From a virus (taxonomy: Duplodnaviria > Caudoviricetes): DNA of 41,267 nt. This document shows, piece after piece, positions 26,493-35,955 of the stretch. The stretch spans positions 1 through 41,267 of the IMG/VR virus record IMGVR_UViG_3300008107_000259; one strand, given 5' to 3'. Under the pieces are notes generated by a model. The model searched no databases. It was not told where the DNA came from and was given only the letters and a program-made list of their open reading frames with translations. Position numbers and translations under genes: made by a program. Positions within the stretch are counted from its first letter, which is position 1. Every line of letters begins with the position of its first letter.

Positions 26493-26935
26493 TGGCAGTT
26501 TCAATTACACCTAACCCAAATGTACAGGGCCCACAAGGTACAACTGGTGCGCAAGGAGTGCAGGGCGTTCAAGGAACAACAGGTTTACAAGGTACGCAAG
26601 GTATTCAAGGACTTTTAGGTACTGCTTATTCAGCAACTTTTAATCCGCAAACAACTGCATACACACTTTTATCATCTGATAGAAATGTGTGGGTAACTAT
26701 GAACAGCGCTACTTCTCAAACAATCACTGTTCCACCTAGTGTATTTACAAGCGGTCAATTAATTTATGTTCAGCGTATTGGCGCAGGAGCAGTTCCTATT
26801 GCACAAGGCGCTGGTGTAACAATTACATCAAATGCGGCTACTTCTTCAGCGCCTACTTTGCGCGCTCAATTTAGTTCAGCAACAATTCTTTGTACTGGAA
26901 CAAATACATTTACAGTTGTTGGTGACATTGCTTAA
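26492..26935 (+). CDS. Short collagen protein with a VVGD-type C-terminal domain
   Basis: About 10 Gly-X-Y triplets; C-terminal domain aligns with the C-terminus of 4953-5843. Confidence 0.7.
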   Translation: MAVSITPNPNVQGPQGTTGAQGVQGVQGTTGLQGTQGIQGLLGTAYSATFNPQTTAYTLLSSDRNVWVTMNSATSQTITVPPSVFTSGQLIYVQRIGAGAVPIAQGAGVTITSNAATSSAPTLRAQFSSATILCTGTNTFTVVGDIA

Positions 26936-27606
26936 CGCACCCACAACATACCTACATCTGCGGTAGGGCGCAGGTTGGCTACTTTCCAACCGCCGTCAAT
27001 CCAATCATCAGATGTAAGTTGATGCCAGGCTAATAATTGGTTGGTGTTGTTTACTCTTAGATCAAACCATTCATCAGGTTGTTCTAAATGACTAACAATG
27101 TATTGAGGCGCTACTTCTCTGTAACCCAATGTGAACAAATAATCTAATTGATCTTCATGCTGGTGCATGGTTTCAAATGTCCACTCAAAACAAATTGTTC
27201 CCCCGTAATGGCGGGTCATGCCTTTCATTACCTGCCACTCTGCACCTTCAACATCAATCTTGATTAAGTCAGGGTTGCCGTAAAACTCACATAATGTATC
27301 AAGGGTGATCGTTGAAACCTCACACTCTCTGTAAGGTTTGCCCTGGTATGGCATGCCGTCTTTGGTGAGCCAATCTTTGTTGAGCGTACTAAGCCCATCT
27401 TCATCTGCCTCATAGAACTTTAAGCGCTCGCCATCTTTATCGCTCACAGCCATTTTAAGAGGCACAACATTAGGGTTGTAAATAAAGTTATTAACCAACT
27501 GCGCATAAACGCGTGGAGCGGCTTCTAAGGCTATTACACGGTATCCCTGAGCCAACCCTGCAAGCACTGCATCACCACGGTTAGCGCCAACATCAAAAAG
27601 CAACAT
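26932..27606 (-). CDS. FkbM-family SAM-dependent methyltransferase
   Basis: FDVGANRG, TITLD and LIKIDVEGAE motifs. Confidence 0.9.
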   Translation of the reverse strand: MLLFDVGANRGDAVLAGLAQGYRVIALEAAPRVYAQLVNNFIYNPNVVPLKMAVSDKDGERLKFYEADEDGLSTLNKDWLTKDGMPYQGKPYRECEVSTITLDTLCEFYGNPDLIKIDVEGAEWQVMKGMTRHYGGTICFEWTFETMHQHEDQLDYLFTLGYREVAPQYIVSHLEQPDEWFDLRVNNTNQLLAWHQLTSDDWIDGGWKVANLRPTADVGMLWVR

Positions 27607-28156
27607 GTGTAAGCCTTCCTAAATTGCTTTTAACAGCAACTTCATAATCATGGGTTAATTTCATGCCGTCTAACTTATGTAACAATTCAAGACTTTCTTC
27701 TTTGCGCCCAATCCACCAGGCGCTTACTGCCTTCTCAAACAAAAGCACATACTTGCCTTCATACCCCACATCAACAGGAAGCGGTGAATTAAGTTGGTTG
27801 TGCAATCCAATGTTGGCCCAGGTGTAACACTCTTGCCATTGGCCTAAACGCTCATGGAACTGCGCTAGTAAGAAATAACCTTCAGGGCGGTATGGCAAAT
27901 ACGCAACAGCCTGCAATAAACAATTGCTTACAGTTGCCTGGCGGTCATTTTGATCATCAAAACAGTGCGCGGCTTTGAGAAGTGAGGCATAAACCAGGGT
28001 TGGGTGTGACTCATGACCGTATTCAGCGGTGCGCAAATAGAAAGAAACCGCTGATGCTGTTTGGTTTTGCTTCTCATACTCCACGGCTACATCAAAATTA
28101 AGCGTTGGATTAAATGGATCTTTGGATAGTTCTACAACTAACTGCTCAATTTTCAT
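27593..28156 (-). CDS. TPR-repeat protein
   Basis: Helical repeats, e.g. AVAYLPYRPEGYFLLAQFHERLGQWQECY. Confidence 0.7.
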   Translation of the reverse strand: MKIEQLVVELSKDPFNPTLNFDVAVEYEKQNQTASAVSFYLRTAEYGHESHPTLVYASLLKAAHCFDDQNDRQATVSNCLLQAVAYLPYRPEGYFLLAQFHERLGQWQECYTWANIGLHNQLNSPLPVDVGYEGKYVLLFEKAVSAWWIGRKEESLELLHKLDGMKLTHDYEVAVKSNLGRLTHVAF

Positions 28157-29147
28157 AAGCAAGGGCCTCCATAATTAAATCCTCAACTACCAATTTAGGT
28201 ACTTCAAGAACAAATGCGGCGTTATCCTGGAAACCAAAAGACACCAAAAGGTTACCTTTGTGAACCGCCGCCCCTACACAGAATTCAACGCGAGCATCTA
28301 AGAACGAGAATTCCTTACTTAGCCCCACAACATTTAGTTCCTGATCCCACACAACTAAGCGGTGACGGTAAATTGCATCTTTTTGATTTAAGTAATTCTT
28401 AAACAGATCTACCTCATGGGTAATGGAGATGTACATGTTGCCCCACCGTATGACCTGGCTAGATCCGCGCTGATCTTTTGGCGGTATGGCTGTTGGCTTA
28501 ACAAATACTTGTTCACACTCCCCACTAATAGGGCTGGCATAAACTAATTCTGTTGGCATTGTCCATTTGATGAAGTGGTACGGCTTATCAAGGACGGGTA
28601 TCCAATTCTTCTCACAATAAGAAGTATCAGGGGCGGGCGCTTTGATACGCACACGCCTAACCTCTTTGACCGCCCAGTTATCCCAGTCAATCTCAATGCG
28701 ACTGTACTCCATGCGGCCTACACCGTTGGTTGTGGTGTCACGGCGAACTCCCATAAGGTAATAATCATCTAACCACTGCACTACGCGGCAATCTTCTTCA
28801 CCTACAAACTCCCAAATAGGCTCAACATCTAATTCAGATGTATCCACTTTGGCGTGGTGAGTCATCTCAAGATCATCATTGAGGCGGCATAAGTAATTAA
28901 CAGTTACTAAGCGTTGATCCTTTTCAGGGTGCAAGTATGACAATGGCCCAAAACGGCTAGGGAACTTTTGTTCATTTTCTGCATGGTACAGCGTGTAATT
29001 TACATGGCGTAAATTCACAAGAATGTTGCCTTTGTCATCAATGAAGATTGACGGGTTCATTAACCCAGTGCCGCTAGTAAGCCCGTGAGGAATTACCAAT
29101 GGCGCTAATTTGCCTCCGTGATGAACTGCCTTCTCTACTAAGTTCAT
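28146..29147 (-). CDS. GH130-like five-bladed beta-propeller glycoside hydrolase/phosphorylase
   Basis: NPS, EDCR, EKNW, RGS, YRH and EF...G.QD motifs; probable leaderless start at 29147 (TATTGT 7 nt upstream). Confidence 0.7.
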   Translation of the reverse strand: MNLVEKAVHHGGKLAPLVIPHGLTSGTGLMNPSIFIDDKGNILVNLRHVNYTLYHAENEQKFPSRFGPLSYLHPEKDQRLVTVNYLCRLNDDLEMTHHAKVDTSELDVEPIWEFVGEEDCRVVQWLDDYYLMGVRRDTTTNGVGRMEYSRIEIDWDNWAVKEVRRVRIKAPAPDTSYCEKNWIPVLDKPYHFIKWTMPTELVYASPISGECEQVFVKPTAIPPKDQRGSSQVIRWGNMYISITHEVDLFKNYLNQKDAIYRHRLVVWDQELNVVGLSKEFSFLDARVEFCVGAAVHKGNLLVSFGFQDNAAFVLEVPKLVVEDLIMEALAYEN

Positions 29148-29229
29148 AACCCTTACAATACATGAACTGGCGGAAATCGCTATCATTGCAACACGCCTGA
29201 TTTACAAGGGGCATAACAAGGGAGATACA

Positions 29230-30921
29230 ATGGGTCGTGTCCGTGACCGTATCGCAAGAGCAATCGCAACTGGCAACATTGAAAAAGGGCCTAACCTACC
29301 TGTAGGTGCTACAACAATTGGCACTCAAGATTTACTCAATGGGTTGCAAATGCAACAACAGTACGGAAACACAACCGCACTCCCACGCGCACCATTTAGC
29401 GCAACAGTTCCTTTTGGCCCAGGTATGCCAATTCTTCCTGGTGCAATTAACCCAATCAATCCTGAGACTGGCCGCCCTGAGCCGCGTAAGTATGAGTATC
29501 AAGTTGCTCAGAACATCAACATCACTGAAACAAAACTTGTACCGTTTAAAACATTACGAGCAAGCGCTGACGCAATTGACATTCTGCGCCGTTGCATTGA
29601 AGTAACTAAATCAAAAATGAACAACCTTGAGTTTGACATTGTTCTTGGTGCAGACGCATCAGAAAAGATTTCGGCAGAAGCAGGCGGCGATCATGTGCGC
29701 GCTATGGCTAAGGCCCGTGAAAAGTACACAGATGAAATTAACCGCTTGCGTGAGTTTTGGGAAAACCCTGATCCTGCAAATGGATTTACATGGAACGATT
29801 GGCTCAACATTGCTGTTGAAGATGTTTTAGTTATTGACGCATTGGCCATTTATCCTCAGCCAACAGTAGGCGGAGATCTTTACGGTTTCCAAATTCTTGA
29901 TGGCTCAACAATCAAGCCGCTCATTGATGAAATTTCTGTTTATGGATTTAGCCCAGTAGAGCGAGCGCTACCACTTGCTGACATTTATTTGCGCCGCCAA
30001 CAATGGATCAGAGCAGAGTACACAGATGGTGTAATGCCTGAACTCATGTTTACAACTGATGAAGATTGGGGAACTAACCCTGATCTCTTGCTTGCTTATG
30101 AGCGTATCCTCAATGACGATCTTGCAGGACAAACAGAACAGCGCAAGCGCGCTCGCCTATTGCCAAAGGGCCTTTCACCTATTGTTAATGAAGGTTATGG
30201 CGAAAAGTTTAAAGACACACTTGATGATTACCTCATCACTTCTATTTGCGGACACTTTGGCGTTCAACCATCTGAAATTGGTTTCTCTCCAAAGGGCGGA
30301 TTAGGTGGAGCAGGGTTTGCAGATGGCCAGGCAGAAAACGCAGAAGCGTTAGGCGTTGGCCCACTTGCTAGTTGGATCTCACAACAGATTACAAACCTTT
30401 CTTATACATACTTAGGTATGCCACGCGAACTTGAATTTAAGTTAATGATTTCAAAGCGTTTGGACAATGAAGAAAACGCCCGTAAGAATGAGATTGAAGT
30501 TCGCTCAGGCGGTAAGTCAATCAATGAGCGCAGATCAGAACTTGGTTTACCGTTGCTTGATACACCTCAAGCAGACATGCCAATTTTGGTTGCAGGCTCA
30601 AGCGTTTTATTGTTCTCACCTGATGGGTTAATTGATGCGGCTAGTGCGGCAACTGCCCCTACTTTAAGCGGGCCTGATGCAACACCTGATGCGCCTACAA
30701 CGCCTAATCCTTTAGATCAGACTCCTGTAACTGAAGAAGATCCCAGTGAAGCAGAAGCAACTGAAGTAAAAGCGTTTATGAAATGGGCGGCTAAGGGTAA
30801 GCGCGCAAGATTATTTGAATTCAAATCACTTGATCCAATTGTGGGAGATGCGCTCAACCGTTGTGCTTTTGATGGTGATTTAGATACTGCGCGAGCGCTG
30901 GCTAAGGCTTATTTAACATGA
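29230..30921 (+). CDS. Portal protein (possible internal deletion)
   Basis: ILRRCIE, YGFSP and ICGHFGVQPSEIG motifs, SINERRSELGLP; upstream of MuF, protease and capsid. Confidence 0.85.
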   Translation: MGRVRDRIARAIATGNIEKGPNLPVGATTIGTQDLLNGLQMQQQYGNTTALPRAPFSATVPFGPGMPILPGAINPINPETGRPEPRKYEYQVAQNINITETKLVPFKTLRASADAIDILRRCIEVTKSKMNNLEFDIVLGADASEKISAEAGGDHVRAMAKAREKYTDEINRLREFWENPDPANGFTWNDWLNIAVEDVLVIDALAIYPQPTVGGDLYGFQILDGSTIKPLIDEISVYGFSPVERALPLADIYLRRQQWIRAEYTDGVMPELMFTTDEDWGTNPDLLLAYERILNDDLAGQTEQRKRARLLPKGLSPIVNEGYGEKFKDTLDDYLITSICGHFGVQPSEIGFSPKGGLGGAGFADGQAENAEALGVGPLASWISQQITNLSYTYLGMPRELEFKLMISKRLDNEENARKNEIEVRSGGKSINERRSELGLPLLDTPQADMPILVAGSSVLLFSPDGLIDAASAATAPTLSGPDATPDAPTTPNPLDQTPVTEEDPSEAEATEVKAFMKWAAKGKRARLFEFKSLDPIVGDALNRCAFDGDLDTARALAKAYLT

Positions 30922-33266
30922 TTGAGGGCGCTCTCAAGGCAGATGGGCGCTTAGCGGCAAAGAACGCAGTGAAGATTAGGGCGGCACTGCACCAGGTAAC
31001 AGACTTCAAAAGAGTCTTTAGCAAATACCAGGAAACAATGCCTCAGCCTACAAATAACCCTACACAGGATCGTGTGCGCGCTCGTTCATGGGTTTTGCTT
31101 AATGTGTACCTCAATGATGAACCGTTGCGTAATGCTGTTACCCGCGCCTGGAAAGAGGCTTTTGTTTTGGGTGATGTTGCCGCGCAAGAATGGTTAGGAA
31201 AAGCGCGTGAAGCAAAAAAGGCTGATGACATTGAAATTAATTGGGATACCTGGAAACCTGGTGATGTTGATACGGCAATCAACATTAAGAATTTTCAAGC
31301 GTATTTAACAAAGGTAAACGCTGATAGTTATTTCAAAAAGTTTAACAAAGAAACTATTGTAAATTTAGGCACTGCATTATCTGACTCAATTGCCACGGGT
31401 TTAGATGCTGAAAGCGCCGCAATAATGATTGGGCGGCATGTGGCAAGCCCTAGCCGCGCCCTAACTATTGCAATCACTGAGCAAAACCGCGCTATGTCGT
31501 TTTCATCTATTGAGCGTTACAAAGAGGCTGGCCTGGCAAAAATGGAATGGGCTGTATCTGATCCGTGTGACATTTGCGCAAAGAATGATGGGCAAGTAAT
31601 TACTATTGGACAAACATTTGCATCAGGTGACGCGCAACCTCCTGCTCACCCACATTGCCGTTGCGTGTTGCTACCTGTAATTCCTGGAATGGAAGATGAG
31701 CCTGAGTTGCCAGGTACAACAATGGTTGTTCCTCCTTCTCCTGTTGATTTTGGCCCTGATGCCACAACTTTCAGAACACCTAAAGAAGAAATTGAACAAG
31801 TGGTTGCGGCTCTACAAGAGGGCCGTTCATTAAATGAAGCATTAGACATGTATGAAGCATTAGATGCGCGCCCTTATGTTCCTGGACAATGGGAAATTTT
31901 GCCTCAATCTTTGAATAGACAAGCCGCAATAAGTGCTTTAGGCAGAGCCTTAATTTTCCCTATGCCTAGAGAACAAATTGAAAGAACATTTTTTGGTTCT
32001 AGGATTAAAAAAGCAGACAAATTATTTATTGAAAAAGCCGTTATCTATAAAAACGGCCCATTAGAAGTTCAATTTTCTAGTACAGGTTTGAAATTAACTG
32101 AAGCAGAACGCAAATTAGTTATTAAAGAAGTAGAAAAGTTACAAGCAACAAACCCTAAAACACGGGCTGTTGTACACATTGAGAAAGATGCTAGTGGTAA
32201 GTATGGTTGGGCTTACGGCGGCAAGTCAGATTTGTGGGTTGTTCCTAAGATTGTTGCGCAACCTGATCTAAAAGTTTCTGCACAAGGCGCTTACAAGATG
32301 CCTGTAACTCCCGCTACTACGCAATTTGAATACACCATTGCACATGAATGGGGTCATTTGATTGATGACATCACACAAGGAACTCAAAACGCTCAACGCA
32401 CAAATGCAATTAGACGGCTTAAAGCGGAATACCCTAATGCTTTTAAGAGCGGGTACTCAGCGGAAAATAGCAAGGAATTCTTTGCTGAAATGTTTACAGA
32501 GTATTACAGGACTAATGGCCAAACTTCTAACTTGCTTGTACAGGCTATGGCTAAAGAATTTGGTTGGAAAGTTCCTGAAATTGCAGGGCCTAAAATTGGT
32601 TATGTGGCGGCTAAAAAACCTGCCAGTTATTTCACGCCTGAAAAGGCTTTGCAACTAGAAGAAGGCGTACCGTGGCGGCCTGAAGGTGAGAACTTGTATC
32701 TTAAAAAGGTACTTGATGAACAAGGATTTAATGGCAAGCCTAAAGTTGTTTCAGCGGCAGAATTTAAGAAAGCCGTGGACTCAGGAGCAATGCCTTTGCA
32801 TAGAGGTGTTGCAGGAGATACCCCTGAGCAAGTAGATCAATTTGTGGCTCAATTGCTTACAGGGGATACTCCTTATGTTGGGCGTGGAATGTTTGGTGAT
32901 GGTACTTACTTCACCGACAAACCTTCAACAGCACTTAAATTTGCTAAAGAGGACAGGTTTGGAAACCCAATTGAATTTGGTAGAACCATAGAAGCGGCTT
33001 TAGATCCACGGGCAAAAATTGCGTTTTTAGATGACATAAAAGAAGAATTTATGAGTACAACAAGAATGACCCAGGCTCAAAAAGATTTCTATTATTCCTA
33101 TCCACAAGATTTTTATGAAGATGCAAGTATGTGGGCCGCGTCTAATGGTTATGACGCTATTTTGGTTAGAAACCCAGTAGTGAATTGGCAATCACAAGAA
33201 GCATTACCTGATTTGTACACAATTGTTTTGAACAGAACAGCCCTAATCATTAAGGAGATGCCATGA
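30918..33266 (+). CDS. MuF (SPP1 gp7-like) head protein fused to zincin-like and ART-like domains
   Basis: CDIC...PPAHPHCRC MuF motif; HEWGH...EFFAE; LHRG...GRGMFGDGTYF...GYDAI. Confidence 0.85.
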   Translation: MIEGALKADGRLAAKNAVKIRAALHQVTDFKRVFSKYQETMPQPTNNPTQDRVRARSWVLLNVYLNDEPLRNAVTRAWKEAFVLGDVAAQEWLGKAREAKKADDIEINWDTWKPGDVDTAINIKNFQAYLTKVNADSYFKKFNKETIVNLGTALSDSIATGLDAESAAIMIGRHVASPSRALTIAITEQNRAMSFSSIERYKEAGLAKMEWAVSDPCDICAKNDGQVITIGQTFASGDAQPPAHPHCRCVLLPVIPGMEDEPELPGTTMVVPPSPVDFGPDATTFRTPKEEIEQVVAALQEGRSLNEALDMYEALDARPYVPGQWEILPQSLNRQAAISALGRALIFPMPREQIERTFFGSRIKKADKLFIEKAVIYKNGPLEVQFSSTGLKLTEAERKLVIKEVEKLQATNPKTRAVVHIEKDASGKYGWAYGGKSDLWVVPKIVAQPDLKVSAQGAYKMPVTPATTQFEYTIAHEWGHLIDDITQGTQNAQRTNAIRRLKAEYPNAFKSGYSAENSKEFFAEMFTEYYRTNGQTSNLLVQAMAKEFGWKVPEIAGPKIGYVAAKKPASYFTPEKALQLEEGVPWRPEGENLYLKKVLDEQGFNGKPKVVSAAEFKKAVDSGAMPLHRGVAGDTPEQVDQFVAQLLTGDTPYVGRGMFGDGTYFTDKPSTALKFAKEDRFGNPIEFGRTIEAALDPRAKIAFLDDIKEEFMSTTRMTQAQKDFYYSYPQDFYEDASMWAASNGYDAILVRNPVVNWQSQEALPDLYTIVLNRTALIIKEMP

Positions 33267-33472
33267 CAGAGGTAGAGGTAAGCCGTAAAGTGGGCGTACT
33301 TGTTGCGTATCTTGATCAGGAGGCTATTGAAGGATTGTTTGCGGCGCTTAAAAAAAGCACTTCTTATGAAACATTACAAGAGCCATACAAAACATGGCTT
33401 ACGGATCACTCAGCAATACCAACAAAAGATTTACGGACAAACGCAAAAAAGGCAAGAAAGGCAAAGGCATAA
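33263..33472 (+). CDS. Small protein, candidate immunity protein
   Basis: ATGA-coupled to the toxin-like C-terminus of MuF; SD AAGGAG. Confidence 0.5.
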   Translation: MTEVEVSRKVGVLVAYLDQEAIEGLFAALKKSTSYETLQEPYKTWLTDHSAIPTKDLRTNAKKARKAKA

Positions 33473-33475
33473 ATT

Positions 33476-34159
33476 ATGAAAACTGAAAGTTGTGATCCAC
33501 CTAGAGATGTTGATTGGTCAGAAGCCTCAAGCCTAGAAGTGGTTTTAAGCGCGCAAGAAAACATACCTGGCGCTAAGGCTGAATTGGCGCGCAGAGAAAA
33601 AGAAGCGCAAGAGTTAGACAAGAGCGCAGACATTGAAAAGGGCAACCCTAACCGTGACTCTAAAGGCCGTTTTACTTTTGGAGCAGGTGGCCCGCAAGGT
33701 GGCGGCGCTGGTGGTGCGGGTGCGGCAGAAGCAGAAGCGGCAGGAGAGGCTGAGCCGTATGAGGAAACAGATAGTTACCGCATGCGCCATTCAGCCCCTA
33801 GACGGGCTGATGAATTTGGATCACCTGCAACTGATGTTGAAGAAATGATGCCAGGTTTTTATGAAAATCCTAATCTGTATGGATCAGGTTATGCTCAAGC
33901 GGACAAAGAAAGCCGTTCTGCAATTATGGCAATTAGAGGAAAACCTAATGCGCCTGTAACTATTTACAGAGCCGTACCTGAAGGCGTAAACAAAATTAAC
34001 CCTGGTGATTGGGTAACGCTTTCTCCTACTTACGCTAAAGAACATGGGCGCAGTAATGTATCTAGTGGGTTTGATGTGTTAAGCAAAGTGATCCCCGCCA
34101 AAAATTTATGGTTTAACGGTGACAGTATCAATGAGTTTGGCTATGATCCAACAGATTAA
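33476..34159 (+). CDS. Putative ADP-ribosyltransferase-fold protein with an RDxxGRF motif
   Basis: NPNRDSKGRF plus Gly/Ala linker; IYRAVP...PGDWVTLS..YA..H...GDSINEF (R-S/T-E pattern). Confidence 0.55.
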   Translation: MKTESCDPPRDVDWSEASSLEVVLSAQENIPGAKAELARREKEAQELDKSADIEKGNPNRDSKGRFTFGAGGPQGGGAGGAGAAEAEAAGEAEPYEETDSYRMRHSAPRRADEFGSPATDVEEMMPGFYENPNLYGSGYAQADKESRSAIMAIRGKPNAPVTIYRAVPEGVNKINPGDWVTLSPTYAKEHGRSNVSSGFDVLSKVIPAKNLWFNGDSINEFGYDPTD

Positions 34160-34230
34160 AAACGCTTGCGTAACCAAAAATTGATACTCTTTGCGCTAAG
34201 GCTTTATGTATTCCAATGGATTGAGGACTA

Positions 34231-35925
34231 ATGGCTAATCTAACAACAACTTCCTACTTCAGCATTGAGAAGGCTGACCGTAATGCAGACGGCACAATGA
34301 CTGTTTATGGCAAGGCAACTGATGACTCACTAGACATTGATCAACAGATTTGTGATGGCGATTGGTTAAAGCGCGCAATGCCCGCCTGGTTTAAGTCAGG
34401 TGGAAACATTAGAGAACAACACAGCCAAATTGCCGCAGGCGTTGCTAAGGAGTATGAAGCAAAGGCTGATGGACATTACATTGGCGTGTTGGTTGTAGAT
34501 CCTGTTTCAGTTAAGAAGGTTGATGCTGGCGTACTTAAGGGCTTTTCAGTAGGCATTAAAAACCCACGCGTTGTACGCGATAGCAAGGCGGCAAATGGCC
34601 GCATTATTGATGGGCAGATTGTAGAAATTTCTCTAGTGGATCGCCCTGCCAACCCTAACTGCCAATTGGTTTTGGCTAAGTCTGTTGATGGCGAGAAGGA
34701 TTTGGTACAGGTAGAGGAATGGATTGAGAAAAAAGAAGGCGAAAAAGATCCATCTCAAGTAATTAAACCGCGTAAGGGTGAGCCTGCGGATAAAGAATTA
34801 TACGCAGAGGTTATTCAAGCGGCTAAAGCAAAGTTTGATGTGTACCCATCTGCCTACGCTAATGCCTGGGTAGTGCGCGAATACAAAAAGCGCGGCGGCA
34901 AATACAAGGCAGAGAGTAAGAAAAAAGGTTTACAATCTGACGGTAATTTAATGAAAGGTAACTCAATGGAAACAGAAACAATCGCCGTACCTGAGTCTAT
35001 TTTGGGTGATCTATTCAAGTTTGATAAAGGTGAGTATGAGCGCGCTCGCGAAGCGTTAGCAAATCTTATTTCTATTGAAGCGCAGGAAATGAAAGAGGGC
35101 CACAATGAACTGCGCTCTATTTCACATTTACTAGAAGCCGTTTCTCATCTCCATGCTTGGTATGAGGGCGAAGAAGCAGAGGGAGAAGTAATGGAAGAAA
35201 CCGAGATTGAATTAGCCGTAAAGCCTGAAGAAAAAGAAATGATGCCTAAAAAGGGTGAGTCATTAAAAGAATTTAAGGCGCGTTGCAAAGAAGCAGGCAT
35301 GGCTGATGATTATGCTGAGAAGTGCTATGACAAGTACATGGCCGCTGAAAAAGAAGCAGACGCAGATGAAAAGATGTGTCCTGATTGCGAAAAGAGCATG
35401 AAGGAATGTATGTGTGAAAAATCTGCCGCCGCTACTGACATGACACCAACAGCGGAGACAGGTGCAAACCTCAAGGACACAACAATGGTGACACCTGCGG
35501 AAACACCTAAGTCTGCGGAAGCAGAAGAAACAGTTGCAGAAGAAGCAACTGAAGAAGTTACAGAAGAAGTTTCTGTTGATGAAAACTCAACAGAGAAGTT
35601 AGAAGCCATAGTAGAAGAAGTGGTGGAGAAAGCGACAAAGGCTCTCAAATCAGAGATTGCCAACCTTGTGTCCGCAAAAGAGGCGGCTGAGGTGCGAGCA
35701 ATGAGTTTGGAAACTGAGTTAGCAACCGCTAAATCTTTGGCTCTAGGCGGTGGCCCAAAGCGAACAGCAAATCCAGTAGATGTGAAAGCAACTTCTGATT
35801 TGCTAACTAAGGCCGCTGTTTACAAAGCGAAAGCACAAGCAACAACTGACCCAATGCTTGCAAAGGGTTACAAGCAACTTGCAGATGAATTCATCAGCAA
35901 GCATGAAGAAACCCTAAACAAGTAA
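34231..35925 (+). CDS. Prohead protease / scaffold polyprotein (HK97 gp4-like)
   Basis: IREQH, GFSVG and EISLVDRPANP motifs; acidic scaffold-like C-terminus; extended -10 TGaTACTCT at 34182-34190. Confidence 0.9.
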   Translation: MANLTTTSYFSIEKADRNADGTMTVYGKATDDSLDIDQQICDGDWLKRAMPAWFKSGGNIREQHSQIAAGVAKEYEAKADGHYIGVLVVDPVSVKKVDAGVLKGFSVGIKNPRVVRDSKAANGRIIDGQIVEISLVDRPANPNCQLVLAKSVDGEKDLVQVEEWIEKKEGEKDPSQVIKPRKGEPADKELYAEVIQAAKAKFDVYPSAYANAWVVREYKKRGGKYKAESKKKGLQSDGNLMKGNSMETETIAVPESILGDLFKFDKGEYERAREALANLISIEAQEMKEGHNELRSISHLLEAVSHLHAWYEGEEAEGEVMEETEIELAVKPEEKEMMPKKGESLKEFKARCKEAGMADDYAEKCYDKYMAAEKEADADEKMCPDCEKSMKECMCEKSAAATDMTPTAETGANLKDTTMVTPAETPKSAEAEETVAEEATEEVTEEVSVDENSTEKLEAIVEEVVEKATKALKSEIANLVSAKEAAEVRAMSLETELATAKSLALGGGPKRTANPVDVKATSDLLTKAAVYKAKAQATTDPMLAKGYKQLADEFISKHEETLNK

Positions 35926-35955
35926 ACCCAACCCAATCTCTGAAAGGAAACACAA

